From IMG/VR virus record IMGVR_UViG_3300038300_000093: DNA of 15,613 bases; one strand, written 5' to 3'. Shown in pieces: positions 13,582 through 15,613 of this stretch (positions within the stretch are counted from its first letter, which is position 1; the number at the start of each line of letters is the position of its first letter). The DNA comes from a virus (taxonomy: Duplodnaviria; Heunggongvirae; Uroviricota; Caudoviricetes). The notes under the pieces were generated by a model, which made no database searches, was not told the DNA's origin, and worked only from the letters and a program-made list of their open reading frames with translations. The position numbers were made by a program, and so were the translations under genes.

Positions 13582-13929
13582 TTAGTTCATTATTCCTATT
13601 TTATTGTCATCTGTAACATAAGCATCAAAAGATCCATAAGGCTTACAAAGTTCTGTCAACTTATCGCCTTCATTGTAATCACCATCCCAAAATCCTGCCC
13701 CATGTCCATTACATGTTAAAATGAAATCGTGAGCGATCTGAGACAAGTCTTGATCTTCACTGTTGATCAGTTCAGCATTAGAGCTGTAGAAGTCCTCAAA
13801 CTTGATCTGTAGATTCTTTGCATCTTCTTTTAAGATGTCCTCATTTGAATAGTCATCAAGATAATCATCTCCGTCAGAACTACTCCAAAGAAGAGTTTCA
13901 AATAGGCTGTTGATAGTTTCTGTTTTCAT
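13582..13929 (-). CDS. Acidic hypothetical protein, 115 aa; HDF.LT.NGHGAGFWD family recalled from phages
   Basis: Start moved from 13986 to 13929 using RBS 13934-13939. Confidence 0.9.
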   Translation of the reverse strand: MKTETINSLFETLLWSSSDGDDYLDDYSNEDILKEDAKNLQIKFEDFYSSNAELINSEDQDLSQIAHDFILTCNGHGAGFWDGDYNEGDKLTELCKPYGSFDAYVTDDNKIGIMN

Positions 13930-13971
13930 GTTGTGTCCTTTTGTTTGTTTAGTTTGTTTCTTACTAATCTT

Positions 13972-13999
13972 AATATAGTAGCCCAAACTATTAATGCAA
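13972..13999 (-). promoter_or_regulatory. Unit 37 promoter
   Basis: TTGCAT-16-TATATT. Confidence 0.8.
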
Positions 14000-14020
14000 G
14001 CCCTATTTTAAAATAAATGC

Positions 14021-14099
14021 AAAAAAAAGAGTTAAGCCAAAAGGACAGTAAAGGCTTAACTCTATAAACTAAGTACAAAGGACAGTAAGACTTAGTTTT
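14021..14099 (-). terminator. Tandem hairpins; the first is a minus-strand terminator
   Basis: 11-bp IR 14028-14038/14053-14063 with T8 on minus; 9-bp IR 14066-14074/14090-14098. Confidence 0.85.
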
Positions 14100-14108
14100 A
14101 GCTACTGG

Positions 14109-14228
14109 TCAGTTACGCTTAAGGAGCTTAACTTTTACCAATAACTTTCCCCACCATTTTAAATCATCATACCAGAGAATATCATCTATCAGTTCTATCA
14201 TTGCAAAATCTTCTTCATAACTACTCAT
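14109..14228 (-). CDS. 39-aa peptide MSSYEEDFAMIELIDDILWYDDLKWWGKLLVKVKLLKRN (acidic N-half, basic C-half)
   Basis: Manual translation; RBS 14235-14240; unit 38. Confidence 0.7.
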   Translation of the reverse strand: MSSYEEDFAMIELIDDILWYDDLKWWGKLLVKVKLLKRN

Positions 14229-14252
14229 TGTCTTTGTCCTTTTCTTTAAGAT

Positions 14253-14280
14253 ACTATAAAGGCTTAACTCGATTAGTCAA
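14253..14280 (-). promoter_or_regulatory. Unit 38 promoter
   Basis: TTGACT-16-TATAGT. Confidence 0.8.
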
Positions 14281-14283
14281 GTC

Positions 14284-14640
14284 CTACTTTGAAATTAATT
14301 TGCGTAATTCGCAAGTCATTAAACCATCATCGATTTTTACGCCTGACTTTCTTAGAGTTCTTTTAATCTGAATTACTTCTTTGCGGTTTTCTATTAAGTC
14401 TCTCATCTGAATTGATTCTAACTTTTGAGAGAGTAAAAGTCTTTCATGTGCTAAAGTTCTGTATGAATCCAATTCATTACAATCTAAGAACTCTTCATGG
14501 CTTGACCATACAAGCATTGCATTGTTGCTTATGTGACTGCTGTCGTGTTTCTTTGATCTCTTCTTTATCAGATCATCAAAAGGCTTTATCTTGATGTCTA
14601 GCTCTTCGATTTGATTTCTTAGTTTGATTACATGTTTCAT
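14284..14640 (-). CDS. Hypothetical protein, 118 aa (MKHVIKLRNQ...)
   Basis: Start moved from 14688 to 14640 using RBS 14645-14650; TAG lies inside unit 38. Confidence 0.85.
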   Translation of the reverse strand: MKHVIKLRNQIEELDIKIKPFDDLIKKRSKKHDSSHISNNAMLVWSSHEEFLDCNELDSYRTLAHERLLLSQKLESIQMRDLIENRKEVIQIKRTLRKSGVKIDDGLMTCELRKLISK

Positions 14641-14673
14641 TGTTTGTCCTTTTGTTGTTATCTTACTAAGATT

Positions 14674-14701
14674 AATATAAGGGCTCAACCGTTAAAGTCA
14701 A
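14674..14701 (-). promoter_or_regulatory. Unit 39 promoter
   Basis: TTGACT-16-TATATT. Confidence 0.8.
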
Positions 14702-14716
14702 GCCCTACTTTAAAGA

Positions 14717-15106
14717 TTAACCGGAGACAACAGAGGCATTGATTACAAGATCTACAGGGAGCTTGTAAGTATTACCATCTCTTGCATCTTTTCCAAGTAC
14801 TGGATATTTACTTGCTCTTGGTTTAAGTCCAACAATTTCAAGAGTCTTTCCTTGAATCATTACAGTCTTTCCAAGTAATGATTCGTCAAGTCCAAGGAAC
14901 TTTGCATTTTCATTCCAATCAATCATTGCTTTTGTAACCACTGATCCGTCAGTGGAATTTTCAACAACTTCAAGTTTAAGATTGAAACTTAAATCTGAAT
15001 AACTTGCAGATCCTGCTGAGATAGTACAGCCATGCTTTTCAGCTACTGCTTTGAGAGCTTCGTTGATGTCTTCTCTCATTGTGCGTATTTTTTGTTTTGT
15101 TATCAT
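14717..15106 (-). CDS. Hypothetical protein, 129 aa (G.KPRA.KYP...DG.TYK motif, phage-type)
   Basis: Start moved from 15133 to 15106 using RBS 15113-15118. Confidence 0.9.
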   Translation of the reverse strand: MITKQKIRTMREDINEALKAVAEKHGCTISAGSASYSDLSFNLKLEVVENSTDGSVVTKAMIDWNENAKFLGLDESLLGKTVMIQGKTLEIVGLKPRASKYPVLGKDARDGNTYKLPVDLVINASVVSG

Positions 15107-15160
15107 TTTGTATGTCCTTTTCTTTTTTAGCAAGCTTGCTTAGTGCTTCTTACTAATCTT

Positions 15161-15188
15161 AATATAGTAGCTCAATTAAATACTTCAA
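15161..15188 (-). promoter_or_regulatory. Unit 40 promoter
   Basis: TTGAAG-16-TATATT. Confidence 0.8.
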
Positions 15189-15209
15189 GCCCTTTTTAAA
15201 AAGAAATGC

Positions 15210-15280
15210 AAAAAAAAGAGTTAAGCCAAAAGGACAGTAAAGGCTTAACTCTTATAAACTAAGAAGGGCTTAGTTTTTTT
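15210..15280. terminator. Back-to-back terminators (minus-strand hairpin 1, plus-strand hairpin 2)
   Basis: 12-bp IR 15216-15227/15242-15253 with T8 on minus; AAACTAAG/CTTAGTTT IR 15256-15276 followed by T-run on plus. Confidence 0.85.
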
Positions 15281-15285
15281 AGTAA

Positions 15286-15613
15286 CTACTCAGTTAAATT
15301 TATTTTTTTCCCACTCTTATGTACATACTTCTCGCTAAAAGTCCACTTATCACTATCCTTGATCTCATAATACTCAATTACAACAACATCTTTAACAAGC
15401 TTAGAAGAATCTTTCTCATTGTAATTTCTATGAGCTGTAACATCAGTTACAGTCTTAATAACTCTTATTTCCTCAGATGAAACAACAAAGCTGTTATTAA
15501 TATCTCTCTCATGACCATTGAAATATATTACTTCCAGTTCATCCTCTCTGAAAATAACTTCTTTTAAATATAGTACTTCTGTCTTGCTTCCATAACAAAC
15601 TATAACTTTCTGT
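15286..15613 (-). CDS. 5'-truncated hypothetical protein, at least 108 aa (QKVIVCYGSKTEVLYLKEV...INLTE)
   Basis: Manual translation: stop-free frame from 15612 to TAG at 15286-15288. Confidence 0.75.
   Translation of the reverse strand, partial: QKVIVCYGSKTEVLYLKEVIFREDELEVIYFNGHERDINNSFVVSSEEIRVIKTVTDVTAHRNYNEKDSSKLVKDVVVIEYYEIKDSDKWTFSEKYVHKSGKKINLTE

Larger units (their letters stand above)
331..15153 (-). promoter_or_regulatory. Conserved long 5' leader GTAAGAAGCACTAAGCA(A/G)GCTTAC, 12 copies
   Basis: 331-354, 885-908, 1210-1233, 2048-2072, 2353-2376, 2881-2904, 3639-3656 (partial), 3874-3897, 5919-5942, 8996-9019, 12422-12445, 15130-15153. Confidence 0.85.
315..15200 (-). repeat. Dispersed array of 40 modular promoter-leader-RBS repeats, each heading a small gene (gene-cassette array)
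   Basis: Plus-strand core CAAGCCCT(A/G)(T/C)TTT recurs with a degenerate form in nearly every intergenic gap, paired with ACTATA/AATATA 16 bp away, then usually CTTACTAA and TGTCCT. Individual units are listed below. Confidence 0.97.

Noticed and set aside
3706-14154. Shared 11-mer ACTTTCCCCAC near the ends of two small genes (KWGK / KWWGK)
   Set aside because: Too short, not tied to a repeat boundary in both cases; compatible with chance.
753-14594. Plus-strand ORFs in the track (753, 3255, 3961, 5189, 5932, 6304, 12830, 13237, 14412)
   Set aside because: Antisense shadows of minus-strand genes or of repeats, with no RBS or promoter in that orientation; hydrophobic F/L/S bias is expected from reverse-complementing K/E-rich genes.
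6462-14688. Recurring N-terminal peptides such as MSPYSKLSKK / MSPYIKISK in several ORF calls
   Set aside because: Artefact of reading TTGAGCCCTTATAGTAAG through the repeat; these starts lie upstream of the predicted TSS and have no RBS. Starts were moved.
315-15118. RBS GGACA/GGACT matches the eukaryotic m6A DRACH consensus
   Set aside because: Context is bacterial or phage (SD sites, sigma70-like promoters) with no methyltransferase here; treated as coincidence.
315-15200. CRISPR array interpretation of the repeats
   Set aside because: Units are degenerate and modular, the intervening DNA is 100-900 bp of intact ORFs rather than 30-40 bp spacers, and no cas gene is present.
315-15200. Classical integron (attC) array
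   Set aside because: No RYYYAAC/GTTRRRY box pairs and no integrase seen; the cassettes carry their own promoters. Kept only as an analogy.
1-15613. tRNA, rRNA, known riboswitch or ribozyme
   Set aside because: No cloverleaf, TTCGAA/CCA signature, hammerhead core or recognisable aptamer consensus seen by eye; an Rfam scan would be needed to exclude them.
1-15613. Specific gene symbols or anti-defence names for the cargo proteins
   Set aside because: Several motifs look familiar from phage hypotheticals, but none can be tied to a named gene without a search.

Overview
AT-rich window holding about 44 small genes, all on the minus strand. Almost every gene has its own copy of one modular intergenic repeat; I count 40 copies, about one per 380 bp. 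Read on the minus strand, the repeat is: upstream stop codon, TTT(A/C)AAA(A/G)(T/C)AGGGC, TTGnnn (-35), exactly 16 bp, TATA(G/T)T (-10), AAGATTAGTAAG leader, AAAGGACA ribosome-binding site (RBS), ATG. The array looks like promoter+gene cassettes, most likely the early/accessory region of a large dsDNA phage (inference; there is no hallmark gene, integrase or cas gene in the window). The repeat copies are mosaics whose shared blocks switch partners near the -10 box. Some identical blocks extend into the first codons of unrelated genes, and the repeat tail often supplies the upstream stop codon, suggesting a recombination-driven gene capture and shuffling system. Only five clear minus-strand terminators exist. 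Four hairpin loops at three of them conserve AAAGGACA despite different stems, so on the mRNA strand they display the complement of the RBS used by 34 genes. Other candidates: a ~160-nt promoter-to-terminator ncRNA (431-592), a 72-bp inverted-repeat element in one 5'UTR, and a 17-codon stand-alone cassette. All coordinates and counts were made by eye; no database searches were run.
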